This document shows positions 1 through 8,431 of a stretch of 64,000 nt of DNA, one piece after another (the stretch's first letter is position 1; each line of letters begins with the position of its first letter). The position numbers and the translations under genes are program-made. This stretch comes from Candidatus Dormiibacterota bacterium (GTDB lineage: Bacteria; Chloroflexota; Dormibacteria; Aeolococcales; Aeolococcaceae): positions 16,699 through 80,698 of the forward strand of contig CAWFUO010000009.1 of NCBI GenBank assembly GCA_963819095.1, written 5' to 3'. The notes under the pieces were generated by a model, which saw only the letters and a program-made list of their open reading frames with translations, was not told the DNA's origin and ran no database searches.

Positions 1-199
1 GGTCGGCAACATCACAGCGGCTTCTCACTTCACCTCGACAGCCTGGAAGGCCGCCCTGAACCCGCGCTTAAGCCGACAGTTGGCACTCCTTGCAGGAAGG
101 GAAGCCGAGCAGGCGCCGCCGAGCGTGGGCCAGCATCCACCCGAGCCGTAGCGGGTTCTCAGCCACACTCCACGACCAGACCAGCACGACCGCGTCTTC

Positions 200-469
200 G
201 TGGACGCCAGCTCCACGATGGCTGCGGACCATGACCTGCCTCTGCTCATCTGTGCCCGGGAGGAGGATCGCCAGGTCAACTGGTCGCCCTCGGTCGCCAG
301 CGAGCTCGCCCGGGTTTCCACCCGGGAGACTGCCATCGACGCGGTGCGCCGCGGGTACTTGACGACCCAGATTCGCGAGCCTCTGGAGGCGGTACGCCAG
401 GTCATTGACCAGGTCGTGACCTCAGAACCCTCCCGACATCTATCGACGAGTGCGGTTGCGCATTGGTGA
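200..469 (+). CDS. hypothetical protein (weak call)
   Basis: 89-aa ORF with balanced composition and mostly G/C third positions, unlike the Arg/Ser/Trp-rich antisense ORF 25..516. No family recognised. Confidence 0.25.
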   Translation: MDASSTMAADHDLPLLICAREEDRQVNWSPSVASELARVSTRETAIDAVRRGYLTTQIREPLEAVRQVIDQVVTSEPSRHLSTSAVAHW

Positions 470-672
470 CCTCCGTCCGTTGGGGCATTTGCTCCCGAAC
501 GCCATCTTCCCCGCACCCATCACGACCGATTCCTAAAGGTCAGCTCTCCAACGCGCTGGCGCGTTCTCGAGAACTCGTCCTCAGAAACCTTTGCCCCGTT
601 GGCGCGGCAAAAGTCCTTATGCCACAAGCCAAAACGCATCAAGTGATATCAAGCGTCGTTGAGCTTGGGCGG

Positions 673-999
673 TCACGGTTCGCGAAAGATTCGATGAGTT
701 CCCAGCCTCCGCCAGCGCACCGCCGGCCATTGGCTCCCGTCGGTGTCGGTCAAAGTCGTCCACTCCCAGGTGGCTCGGCCGTCAGGCCCGCTGAAGCTCC
801 AGGTCATCTCGAAGATGCCCGGGGCGTTGACAACCGCCTTCACCCGCAGGTTGCGTGGCCATGACGAACCGTCCTTGGTCGCGACGAAGTCATCGCAGGC
901 CGTGTTGAAGGCCCGGGCCGCGGTGCGGAACTTCTCGCGCTCGTCCTCGGACAGCCGCTGGTAATCGGCCTTGAACGGTTCGGTCCGCTCGAACCTCAC
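673..999 (-). CDS. putative RelE/ParE-superfamily type II toxin
   Basis: 108 aa. Its start overlaps the upstream antitoxin stop by 4 nt (996..999). The C-terminal ...AVRWRRLGTHRIF resembles the RelE/ParE-fold ending. Size and genetic context fit a TA toxin. Confidence 0.55.
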   Translation of the reverse strand: MRFERTEPFKADYQRLSEDEREKFRTAARAFNTACDDFVATKDGSSWPRNLRVKAVVNAPGIFEMTWSFSGPDGRATWEWTTLTDTDGSQWPAVRWRRLGTHRIFREP

Positions 1000-1283
1000 G
1001 AATCGAGTTCGGCCAGGAGTTCCTCGACACCTTCAACGGTCGTGACGCGCCCCGCAGTCACGGAGTCGTCGGCCTCGCGTTCCATCTGCCGCCATCGCTC
1101 GGTCCAGAACCACGCCTGGTCGGACGGCACGGCGACGTGCGGGCGCAGCACGATCTCCCCCTCTCGCTCGATGACCTCGACCTGGGCTCCGGGGTGGTCC
1201 AAACCGAAGCGGCGCCGGATGGCGGTCGGGATGACGATGAGCCCACGCCCCTGCACGGTGACGAACTTATGATTCTCGGCCAT
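996..1283 (-). CDS. AbrB/SpoVT (MazE-like) family antitoxin
   Basis: N-terminus VTVQGRGLIVIPTAIRRRFGL matches the swapped-hairpin AbrB/SpoVT motif. Start moved to ATG 1283 (MAENHKF), since the ORF-track start at 1310 would run through the predicted promoter/operator. Confidence 0.7.
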   Translation of the reverse strand: MAENHKFVTVQGRGLIVIPTAIRRRFGLDHPGAQVEVIEREGEIVLRPHVAVPSDQAWFWTERWRQMEREADDSVTAGRVTTVEGVEELLAELDS

Positions 1284-1301
1284 AGGCGCAGTATAGCAGA
1301 G

Positions 1302-1318
1302 AAGCTGCATTACAGCTT
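1302..1318. promoter_or_regulatory. inverted repeat AAGCTG-N5-CAGCTT, candidate TA operator, next to a TATACT -10-like box (1290..1295, minus strand)
   Basis: Perfect 6-bp arms read directly from the sequence, 19-35 nt upstream of the antitoxin ATG. The -10-like hexamer ends about 6 nt before the ATG, suggesting a leaderless transcript. Confidence 0.4.
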
Positions 1319-1416
1319 ATCTGCTCAGCAACCCCCAGGGTCGCCACCGATTCCCGTGATCTCGTCCTCGAGGAGGATGCCATGGCTCGAGCCCTCGGCT
1401 AGGCTCGGCGACCAGG

Positions 1417-2565
1417 ATGTTCACCGACTGGATCAAGCGCGATGAGGCGTTGCCGCCAATGCTGCCTGACGGTGCCCTCGCAGTGGTGCTCATGGTCACC
1501 GCCGACCTCGCCGCGTACCAGGATGCGGGGAAGCTGAGCCCCGTTCAGGTGGTGATCATCGCGCTCATCACCCTTCCGGTGACAGCGCGTCGCCTCTTCC
1601 CCACCTCGGTGATCGCCATCGTCGGATCGGCGCTCATCGTGAACCTGCTCCTTGGCTACACGAACACCTTCATCGAGAACTTCGCCATCCTGCTCGCCTT
1701 GTACACGATGTACGCGTCGGCGCCCGCCGGGTGGCGGCTCAGGGTGATGAGCGGCATCGTCGTGGCCGGTGTCGGCGCGGGCGTCGCGCTGGGGTGGCGC
1801 AACCAGCACGAGGTGTACCTGTCGGACATCGGGTACAACGCGATCATCTTCGCCCTGCCCGCGATCCTCGGCTTCGGTGTCCGCACTCGGCGCGCCTACC
1901 TCGCGCAAGTGCATGAGCAGTCGAGGCTCCTCGCCCGCGAGACCGCGGCCAACGAGCGCACTGCAATTGCTCGCGAACTCCACGACGTGATCGCGCACAG
2001 CGTGAGCGTGATGGTGCTCCAGGCCACTGCGGGCGGCCGGCTGGCTCGTCGTGACCCGAGCAACGCGGCGACTGCCTTCGGGGTGATCGAGCAGACCGGT
2101 CGTGACGCGCTCGCCGACCTGCGCCGTGTCGTGGCAGTGCTCAAGGACAACTCCACTCAGGCGGCGGCGGTCGTGCCGCAGCCCAGCCTGGCGCAGCTGA
2201 ATGCGCTGGTCGAGCAGATTCGGCTGGCGGGCATGAGCGTGCGGGTCAGCGTTGAAGGGAATGAACGGCTGCTTGCTCCGGGTGTCGAGCTTTCCGCCTA
2301 TCGCATCGTGCAGGAATCCTTGACCAACGTCCTCCGGCACTCGGACGCGAGCGAAGCGGTCGTGGCCATCACGTATGGGGCCGACGATCTCACCGTGGCG
2401 GTCACCGACAACGGACGGAACAACAGCACGCCGAGCGTCGAAGGCAACGGGCTGACCGGGATGCGAGAGCGCGTCGCCCTGCTCGATGGCGAGTTCCGCG
2501 TTGCCACCACCGACGAGGGGTTCAGCGTCATCGCCCGCCTGCCCCTCGAAGCACGGACGCGATGA
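1417..2565 (+). CDS. sensor histidine kinase (NarL/DesK-type, HisKA_3)
   Basis: Hydrophobic multi-TM N-terminus. H-box ARELHDVIAHSVSVMVLQA. HATPase motifs (ESLTNVLRHS, VTDNG, GLTGMRERV). 4-nt overlap with the downstream response regulator. Confidence 0.85.
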   Translation: MFTDWIKRDEALPPMLPDGALAVVLMVTADLAAYQDAGKLSPVQVVIIALITLPVTARRLFPTSVIAIVGSALIVNLLLGYTNTFIENFAILLALYTMYASAPAGWRLRVMSGIVVAGVGAGVALGWRNQHEVYLSDIGYNAIIFALPAILGFGVRTRRAYLAQVHEQSRLLARETAANERTAIARELHDVIAHSVSVMVLQATAGGRLARRDPSNAATAFGVIEQTGRDALADLRRVVAVLKDNSTQAAAVVPQPSLAQLNALVEQIRLAGMSVRVSVEGNERLLAPGVELSAYRIVQESLTNVLRHSDASEAVVAITYGADDLTVAVTDNGRNNSTPSVEGNGLTGMRERVALLDGEFRVATTDEGFSVIARLPLEARTR

Positions 2566-3215
2566 TCACAGTCCTCGTGGTCGATGACCAGCCCCTGGTG
2601 CGCGCCGGACTGCGGACGCTCCTCAATGAGGAGCCTGACATCGACGTCGTCGGGGATGCGAGCAACGGCGCGGAGGCGGTGGCCGCGATCGCGTCAGTCG
2701 CCCCTGATGTGGTGCTCATGGACATTCGCATGCCGGTTCTCGACGGCCTCGAGGCGACGCGGCAGATCACCGCGCTTGGTGCGGCGGCGCGAATCGTGAT
2801 CCTGACGACCTTCGATCTCGACGAGTACGTGTTCGACGCGCTGCGCTCGGGAGCATCCGGCTTTCTGCTGAAGGACGCACCGGCAGACGAGATCGTTCGT
2901 GCGGTCCGGGTTGCAGCTGCTGGTGAGGCGCTGCTGGCTCCTTCGGTCACGCGACGCCTGATCGAGCGGTTCAGTGGCCACACGTTCCGAGCTGACTTTC
3001 CGCGACTTCGCGAGCTGACGGATCGAGAGCGCGAAGTGCTGATGCTTGTGGCTCGAGGCCTGAGCAACAGCGAGATCGCTGCGCGCCTCTTTCTCAGTGA
3101 GACGACAGTGAAGACGCATGTCGCCCACATCCTCGACAAGCTGGAGTTGCGCGATCGCGTTCAGGCGGTCGTGCTCGCCTACGAGTTCGGGATCATCGAG
3201 GCGAACCTGCGCTAG
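2562..3215 (+). CDS. LuxR/NarL-family response regulator
   Basis: Receiver domain (ITVLVVDDQPLVRAGL, DVVLMDIRMP) plus LuxR HTH (LTDREREVLMLVARGLSNSEIAARLFLSETTVKTHV). Confidence 0.9.
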   Translation: MITVLVVDDQPLVRAGLRTLLNEEPDIDVVGDASNGAEAVAAIASVAPDVVLMDIRMPVLDGLEATRQITALGAAARIVILTTFDLDEYVFDALRSGASGFLLKDAPADEIVRAVRVAAAGEALLAPSVTRRLIERFSGHTFRADFPRLRELTDREREVLMLVARGLSNSEIAARLFLSETTVKTHVAHILDKLELRDRVQAVVLAYEFGIIEANLR

Positions 3216-3337
3216 CCCGATCGTTCATCCCTGAGGACGAGCGACGTTCAGCTCCGGGGATGATGCCCGACGACGAGAGGTGATCCGACGATCCCTTGCA
3301 CCGGGGGCGCCGGGAGCAAGCATCGAGGAGCGCGGAC

Positions 3338-4918
3338 ATGAGCATTGTGTGGCAGTCGAAAATGCGCGCCATCGTCGGATCGACCAAGCCGGTCGCACCA
3401 GCTCGCGTGCACTCGGCGCAGTCCGCGGAACCCTCTCGGTCCGCCACGGCTCCCGGGTCGCGCTGGAGCTCAGATCGGTTGATCGTCGCCGGGTTGGCGC
3501 TCGGCGTCCTGGTATTGCACCTCGCCACCAATGGGCTCTACGGCTTCCAGCGTGACGAGCTCTACTACCTGGACAGCGCTCGTCACCTGGCGTGGGGATA
3601 CGTCGACTATCCGCCGCTGACACCGGCGATCGCCCGGCTGAGCCTGCTCATCTTCGGGCCCAGCATCTGGGGCCTTCGGCTGTGGCCAAGCCTCACAGGA
3701 GCGGTGATGATCGCGCTGACCTCACAGATTGCCGGCGAACTCGGCGGAGGCAGGTCCGCTCGCATTCTGGCGGCCATCGGCGCCTCGGCAAGTCCAGTGC
3801 TGCTCGGCGCCAACTGGCTCTTCGAAACGGTGACGTTCGACCAGCTGACGTGGCTCCTCTGCATTTGGCTGGTCGCACGGCTCGTGCGAACCGCGGATCG
3901 GAGGCTCTGGCTTTATCTCGGTGCTGCAGCCGGTCTCGGCCTTGAGACGAAGTACACGATTCTGGCGCTGCTCACAGGGTTGGCGATCGCGATCGCTGTC
4001 ACGCCACTGCGCCGACACCTGCGCACCCCGTGGCCATGGCTCGGTCTCGCAGTGGCCATGCTGATCGTTCTCCCCAACCTCGTCTGGCAGATCGGCAACG
4101 GCTGGCCTTCGTTGGCGTACACGTTCAACCATCACGCCGCGCAATCCGGCGATTTCGGTCCCCTGACGTTCCTCTCGGATCAGCTCCCTCTTATCGGTCC
4201 GCTTGCCATCCCGCTCTGGCTCGTGGGGTGGTACTGGCTGTTCGCGCGAAACGGGCGTGCCCTCGGGGTCACGGCCCTGGTGGCTTTCGTCATCTTTCTG
4301 CTCCTGGGCAAGGGGTATTACATCGGACCGCTGCATCCGCTCCTCCTCGCCGCCGGTGCCTGCGCCATCGAGCACTGGAGGCGACCACAGACCCGCTGGC
4401 TACGACCGCTCACCGCAGTGGCTCTCGCGCTCCAGGCCATTGTCTTACTCCCGATCGCCATGCCACTGCTCCCCGAGGCCGTGATGGCGCGGTCGGCGCT
4501 CCCGTCGATCCGCACCGATTTCGCCGACACTGTCGGGTGGCCCGACCTCGTCCACCAGGTCGCTGCCGTGTATGACCGGTTGCCGCCAAGTCAGCGATCG
4601 ACGACCGTGATTCTCACCGACAACTATGGCGAAGCCGGCGCCATCGACACGTATGGTCCGGAGCTTGGCTTGCCCTCGGCAGTCTCGGGTGAGCTGACCT
4701 ACTACTACTGGAAACCGGTGCGCATCAATGGCCCCGTCATCGCGGTCGGGCTGGATGTGGCGTTTCTTTCAACACTCTTCGACAGATGTTCGGCAGTCGG
4801 GACCGTCTCGAACTCTTACGGTCTGCACAATCAGGAGTTCGGAAATCCGATCTCCGTGTGCGCACAGCCCAGGCTCCCGCTTGCTCAACTCTGGAGGCGA
4901 CTGAAGTCATTTCAATGA
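3338..4918 (+). CDS. GT-C fold membrane glycosyltransferase (PMT_2 / ArnT / GT39-like)
   Basis: YGFQRDELYYLDSARHLAWGYVDYPPLTPAIARL is the typical first-loop motif of ArnT/PMT-type enzymes. About 11 hydrophobic segments, then a soluble C-terminal domain. Start set to ATG 3338 (alternatives 3296, 3362). Confidence 0.75.
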   Translation: MSIVWQSKMRAIVGSTKPVAPARVHSAQSAEPSRSATAPGSRWSSDRLIVAGLALGVLVLHLATNGLYGFQRDELYYLDSARHLAWGYVDYPPLTPAIARLSLLIFGPSIWGLRLWPSLTGAVMIALTSQIAGELGGGRSARILAAIGASASPVLLGANWLFETVTFDQLTWLLCIWLVARLVRTADRRLWLYLGAAAGLGLETKYTILALLTGLAIAIAVTPLRRHLRTPWPWLGLAVAMLIVLPNLVWQIGNGWPSLAYTFNHHAAQSGDFGPLTFLSDQLPLIGPLAIPLWLVGWYWLFARNGRALGVTALVAFVIFLLLGKGYYIGPLHPLLLAAGACAIEHWRRPQTRWLRPLTAVALALQAIVLLPIAMPLLPEAVMARSALPSIRTDFADTVGWPDLVHQVAAVYDRLPPSQRSTTVILTDNYGEAGAIDTYGPELGLPSAVSGELTYYYWKPVRINGPVIAVGLDVAFLSTLFDRCSAVGTVSNSYGLHNQEFGNPISVCAQPRLPLAQLWRRLKSFQ

Positions 4919-5094
4919 GGCGTCTCTGACCCACGATCCGCTTGGCCGCGGTTGGCATTCCACCAAGCGAGGGCTGGGATCTCGTCTGCGTCGGCTCCCT
5001 CGCGAACTGCCTCCCAGCCGTCGCGGTGGCGATCGATGTTCCGATCCTCGAGCTCGACCCGCGTCGTGTTTGGCGCCTCGGCGATGAATCGCAC
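4912..5094 (-). pseudogene. possible remnant of an SRPBCC/AHSA1-like gene
   Basis: The 60-aa ORF TRVELEDRNIDRHRDGWEAVREG resembles only the C-terminal strand/helix region of Aha1-like SRPBCC proteins. No N-terminal part is present upstream, and the tail after ADADE looks out of family. Confidence 0.25.
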
Positions 5095-5194
5095 ATGTCA
5101 ACGTGCCCCTCTCAGGACACAGAACCTGTGCCGAGGATAGCGACCCGCAGGCCCGGCAGCGCCCACATCGTTGGGCTCGGGACAATGTGGACGT

Positions 5195-5749
5195 ATGCCT
5201 GATTGGAGAGCACCCCGGCATCCACTCGACGGTGACGGGATCCAGCTTCGACTTCCTGTGCTTCCTGACGCTGCGACGCTCCGTCGATACGCTCTCCAGC
5301 GGGATGGACTTGAAGGTATCTGGGTAGCGCTTTGCGCGGGCGCCGATATGACCACGTGTGAACGTCTCGTCCAGGGCTGGCGGGCGGGTTGGCGGAACAA
5401 GCCCAGCGTCCACGAGCCGGCGCTCGCCATCGTCGAAGCTGACAGCAACGACCTGATCGGCCAGATCGGCCTCACCGACCGAGGTGACGGAGTTGTCGAG
5501 CTCCTCTATGGCATCGCCCCAGACCGCCGGCGCCGTGGCTTCGCGTCGACGAGCGCTCGAGTGGTTGCAGAGTGGCTGCTGTCGGAATCGGTAGCTCGCC
5601 AGGTTGAGCTGCGCATCGACAACGAGAATGTGGCCAGCCAACGGGTGGCTCTCAGAGCCGGGTTCGCGCCGGCCGGCACCGTCCTGTCTCATGTGCCGGC
5701 AACCGGAGTGACGTACGAGGATCTGCGCTACGTCTTTCCGACGTCGTAG
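5195..5749 (+). CDS. GNAT N-acetyltransferase (RimJ/RimL-like)
   Basis: IGQIGLTDRGDGVVELLYGIAPDRRRRGFAS...VELRIDNENVASQRVALRAGF is a typical Acetyltransf_3 core. Start set to ATG 5195 (MPDWRAP). Confidence 0.75.
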   Translation: MPDWRAPRHPLDGDGIQLRLPVLPDAATLRRYALQRDGLEGIWVALCAGADMTTCERLVQGWRAGWRNKPSVHEPALAIVEADSNDLIGQIGLTDRGDGVVELLYGIAPDRRRRGFASTSARVVAEWLLSESVARQVELRIDNENVASQRVALRAGFAPAGTVLSHVPATGVTYEDLRYVFPTS

Positions 5750-5773
5750 CGCTGTCTCGCGATCAGCGCCGTC

Positions 5774-6193
5774 ATGTCGATCGAGCGGCCTTCCGTTAGG
5801 CTGCACAACATGGCGAACGCCCCCGACCGGCAGCTCCGGAGGGCGTCCGACCGATTGCTCGGCCCATCAGCATTTTGGGTGTGGTGTGTGCCCGGATGCA
5901 TTGCGATCGCTGCTTCGATCCTCGAGGGGAATCACACCCTGCCGATGACGGCCACTGGAATCCTGTGGACAGTGGCGACGCTCTGGATCGGGCTCGGGTG
6001 CGCCTGGAACGCGCGGGCGTGTGGACGCGTCCATTGTTTCGTCGACGGAACGTTGTTTCCCATTCTCGCTGTTGTCGGTGCGCTCAATGTCGCCGGCGTC
6101 ATCGACATCAGTTGGAATGTCTACTGGGGCGTGTTCGTGGTCATCGCTGTCGCCAGCTTCGTTCCGGAAGTCCTCGGAAGAAAGTACCTATAA
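5774..6193 (+). CDS. small integral membrane protein, function unknown
   Basis: 139 aa with 4 predicted hydrophobic helices and several conserved-looking Cys (CAWNARACGRVHC). No family recognised. Confidence 0.45.
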   Translation: MSIERPSVRLHNMANAPDRQLRRASDRLLGPSAFWVWCVPGCIAIAASILEGNHTLPMTATGILWTVATLWIGLGCAWNARACGRVHCFVDGTLFPILAVVGALNVAGVIDISWNVYWGVFVVIAVASFVPEVLGRKYL

Positions 6194-6230
6194 GCGAGAC
6201 GCTCACCAGGGTTGAACCAGCGGCCCTGCG

Positions 6231-6740
6231 TCAGTTGACCAGGGATGTGTCGATGCGCGACATGATGCGCTCCGCGTCGCGTCCCAGCCGGCGCAATTGC
6301 TCGGCCGACAAGACGTCGATGACAAGAGATCGTATGTGTGCGACGTGTCCGGGCGCAGCGTCGGCAAGTGCTCCAAAACCGTTGTCAGTGAGGATCGCGA
6401 TGGTGAATCGTCCGTCTGTGGCATCCGGCTCGCGACGGACGAACCCGCGGTCCTCAAGTCGCGTGACCACCCGGGACAGACGGGAAAGCGATGCGTTGGT
6501 GACCTCGGCCAGCGAGCTCATCCTCATCGTGCGTCGCGGGCTTTCCGAAAGCATCGCCAGAACCTGGTACTCGACCATCGCCAGCTTCGAATCACGCTGG
6601 AGCTGCTGATCGATCGACCAGGGCAGCCAGGTCATCAGTCGCACCACCGACAGCCACGAGTCCAGCTCTTCGGCTGTCAGCCACTGCACGCCCGCTCCGT
6701 TGACATTGGTATCGGTATCGTTGTCCACGTCCATCATCAT
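6231..6740 (-). CDS. MarR-family transcriptional regulator
   Basis: Winged-HTH pattern MVEYQVLAMLSESP...MSSLAEVTNASLSRLSRVVTRLEDRGFVRREPD. Confidence 0.85.
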   Translation of the reverse strand: MMMDVDNDTDTNVNGAGVQWLTAEELDSWLSVVRLMTWLPWSIDQQLQRDSKLAMVEYQVLAMLSESPRRTMRMSSLAEVTNASLSRLSRVVTRLEDRGFVRREPDATDGRFTIAILTDNGFGALADAAPGHVAHIRSLVIDVLSAEQLRRLGRDAERIMSRIDTSLVN

Positions 6741-6850
6741 AGCTGTTTACTTGCCGAATCAAGCGATTTGCTGAGCACTTGCGGTGCGCTGAACGGCCTG
6801 CTACGCAGGTGATTTCACTCTCCCCTGGGGGCCCGTTCGATCTGAGGGTG

Positions 6851-6900
6851 ACTTGACACTGCAAGTGATCTGCGCGTAGGCTTCACTTGACGTAGCAAGT
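6851..6900. promoter_or_regulatory. two near-identical 16-bp dyads ACTTGAC-N3-GCAAGT (6851..6866 and 6885..6900), candidate MarR operators
   Basis: Read directly: ACTTGACACTGCAAGT and ACTTGACGTAGCAAGT, 34 bp apart, in the 188-bp MarR/SDR divergent spacer, 29-78 nt upstream of the SDR ATG. Confidence 0.5.
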
Positions 6901-6928
6901 CATCCGTAAAGCCTGGAGGCCTACATTC

Positions 6929-7810
6929 ATGAAGATCGCACTCACCGGGGCAACGGGATTCGTCGGATCCCACATCCTTGCGGAACTCCAGTCCAACGGC
7001 CACCAAGTGATGGCGCTGGTGCGAGACGACGCGCAGGCTGCCACCGTCACAGCGCGCGGCGCGACTGCCGCCGTCGTCGATCTCAAGGACCGGCCGGCCG
7101 TCGTGGAAGTGCTGAGCACCGCGGACGGTGCTATCCACACCGCCAGCCCAGGTGACGCCACCAGCGCCGACCTCAACTCCGCCGTCGCAGACGCTGCGAT
7201 CGAGGCATTCGACGGCACGGGTAAGCCATACGTGCCCATCAGCGGTGCGTGGGACTACGGATCCAATACCTCCATCACCGAGGACTCGCCGTTCAACGCG
7301 CCCGCGCTGGTGGCCTGGAAGGAACCGATCGAGCGCCGGGTCCTGGGCGCAACCGGGATGCGAGGAGCCGTCATCGTGTCCAGCACCGCATATGGCGACG
7401 GCGGCGGCGGGGTCGTTCGGCTCCTGCTCGCTTCTCCGCGGGACGCGGACGGCAACTTGATCATGATCGGCACCGGCCGGCAGCACTGGTCCGACGTCCA
7501 CGTCGCCGACCTTGCGGTGGTGTTCCGCCGCGTGCTGGAGAACGACACCGCCTGCGGCTACTACGTCATCGGGAACGGTCTCAACAACACCCTTGCGGAG
7601 CTGACTGAAGCGGCCGCCGTCGCCGTCGGCGCGCGCGGAGCGGTCCCCGGATCCGAGGAAGAGGCGCGCGCCCGGCTGGGCGACTACTTCGCAGAAGTGC
7701 TCCTCCTCGACCAGGCCGTCACAGCCACCAGGGCACGCACCGAACTCGGGTGGCAGCCGACCCGCCCGGGGCTCGTCGACGAGCTCCGCAACGGCAGCTA
7801 CCGTACGTAG
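6929..7810 (+). CDS. NAD(P)H-binding SDR/NmrA-like oxidoreductase
   Basis: N-terminal Rossmann motif MKIALTGATGFVGSHI. About 290 aa, atypical-SDR layout. Confidence 0.8.
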   Translation: MKIALTGATGFVGSHILAELQSNGHQVMALVRDDAQAATVTARGATAAVVDLKDRPAVVEVLSTADGAIHTASPGDATSADLNSAVADAAIEAFDGTGKPYVPISGAWDYGSNTSITEDSPFNAPALVAWKEPIERRVLGATGMRGAVIVSSTAYGDGGGGVVRLLLASPRDADGNLIMIGTGRQHWSDVHVADLAVVFRRVLENDTACGYYVIGNGLNNTLAELTEAAAVAVGARGAVPGSEEEARARLGDYFAEVLLLDQAVTATRARTELGWQPTRPGLVDELRNGSYRT

Positions 7811-7817
7811 AAACCGC

Positions 7818-8354
7818 TTACCAGGTGGCCGCGTACACGAAGTCGCCGGCAGGCCGGCCGAGCCACTGCACGATGCGCATGGCGAGGTCCATGCCAGTGG
7901 CGAACTTGGCCGTCCGCAGGCTCGTGAGTTGATTCGGCGTGCACCGCAGGATCCCCGCGAGAGCAGACCATGTCAACCCGTCCTCTCGCCGCTTCTCGTC
8001 CATGGCGGCGTAGAGGAGCTTCAGCGACCATCGCAAACGTCGGTCCGGACCGGCAGTTGGGAGCGCGAACTCCTCGTCGTCACCGGTTGCACCGGTCAGG
8101 AAGCTCTCTGGGGTCCGGTCGAGCCACCGAAGCATGAAGAGCGCATGCTGGCACGAGGTCCTTGGATTCTTCGCCATGTTCGTCAACGTGGAAGGGCTGA
8201 TCGGATGGTCCCTGCGACGGCTGTTCAGCTCAGGGGACAGCTCCCACAGTTGGTCGGCGACCTTGCTCCAAGTGATTCCGAACTCGGTTCGCTTATCGTC
8301 CAGCGCCGAATACAGAGCACTGACGTCAAAACGGCGGATGCGTTGATCGGTCAC
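7818..8354 (-). CDS. hypothetical protein with internally duplicated HTH-like module
   Basis: The two halves align to each other: RRFDVSALYSALDDKRTEFGITWSKVADQL...ALFMLRWLDRTPESFL versus RRLRWSLKLLYAAMDEKRREDGLTWSALAGIL...AMRIVQWLGRPAGDFV. Confidence 0.5.
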   Translation of the reverse strand: MTDQRIRRFDVSALYSALDDKRTEFGITWSKVADQLWELSPELNSRRRDHPISPSTLTNMAKNPRTSCQHALFMLRWLDRTPESFLTGATGDDEEFALPTAGPDRRLRWSLKLLYAAMDEKRREDGLTWSALAGILRCTPNQLTSLRTAKFATGMDLAMRIVQWLGRPAGDFVYAATW

Positions 8355-8401
8355 CGTCTCATTTTCTTCGACCGAGGCACCGTCAAGGCTGAGCCATCAG
8401 C

Positions 8402-8418
8402 GCATGCATTCTGCATGC
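8402..8418. promoter_or_regulatory. perfect inverted repeat GCATGCA-TTC-TGCATGC upstream of vapB
   Basis: Read directly. It lies 14-30 nt upstream of the vapB GTG (8432) inside a 77-bp divergent spacer. Confidence 0.4.
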
Positions 8419-8431
8419 TACAGTTCTCTGC

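Noticed and set aside
25-516. The 163-aa minus-strand ORF at the window start, and ORFs 90..362(+) and 463..864(+).
   Set aside because: Their composition is Arg/Ser/Trp-rich and no motifs are present. They overlap a better-looking plus-strand ORF (200..469) or the toxin gene.
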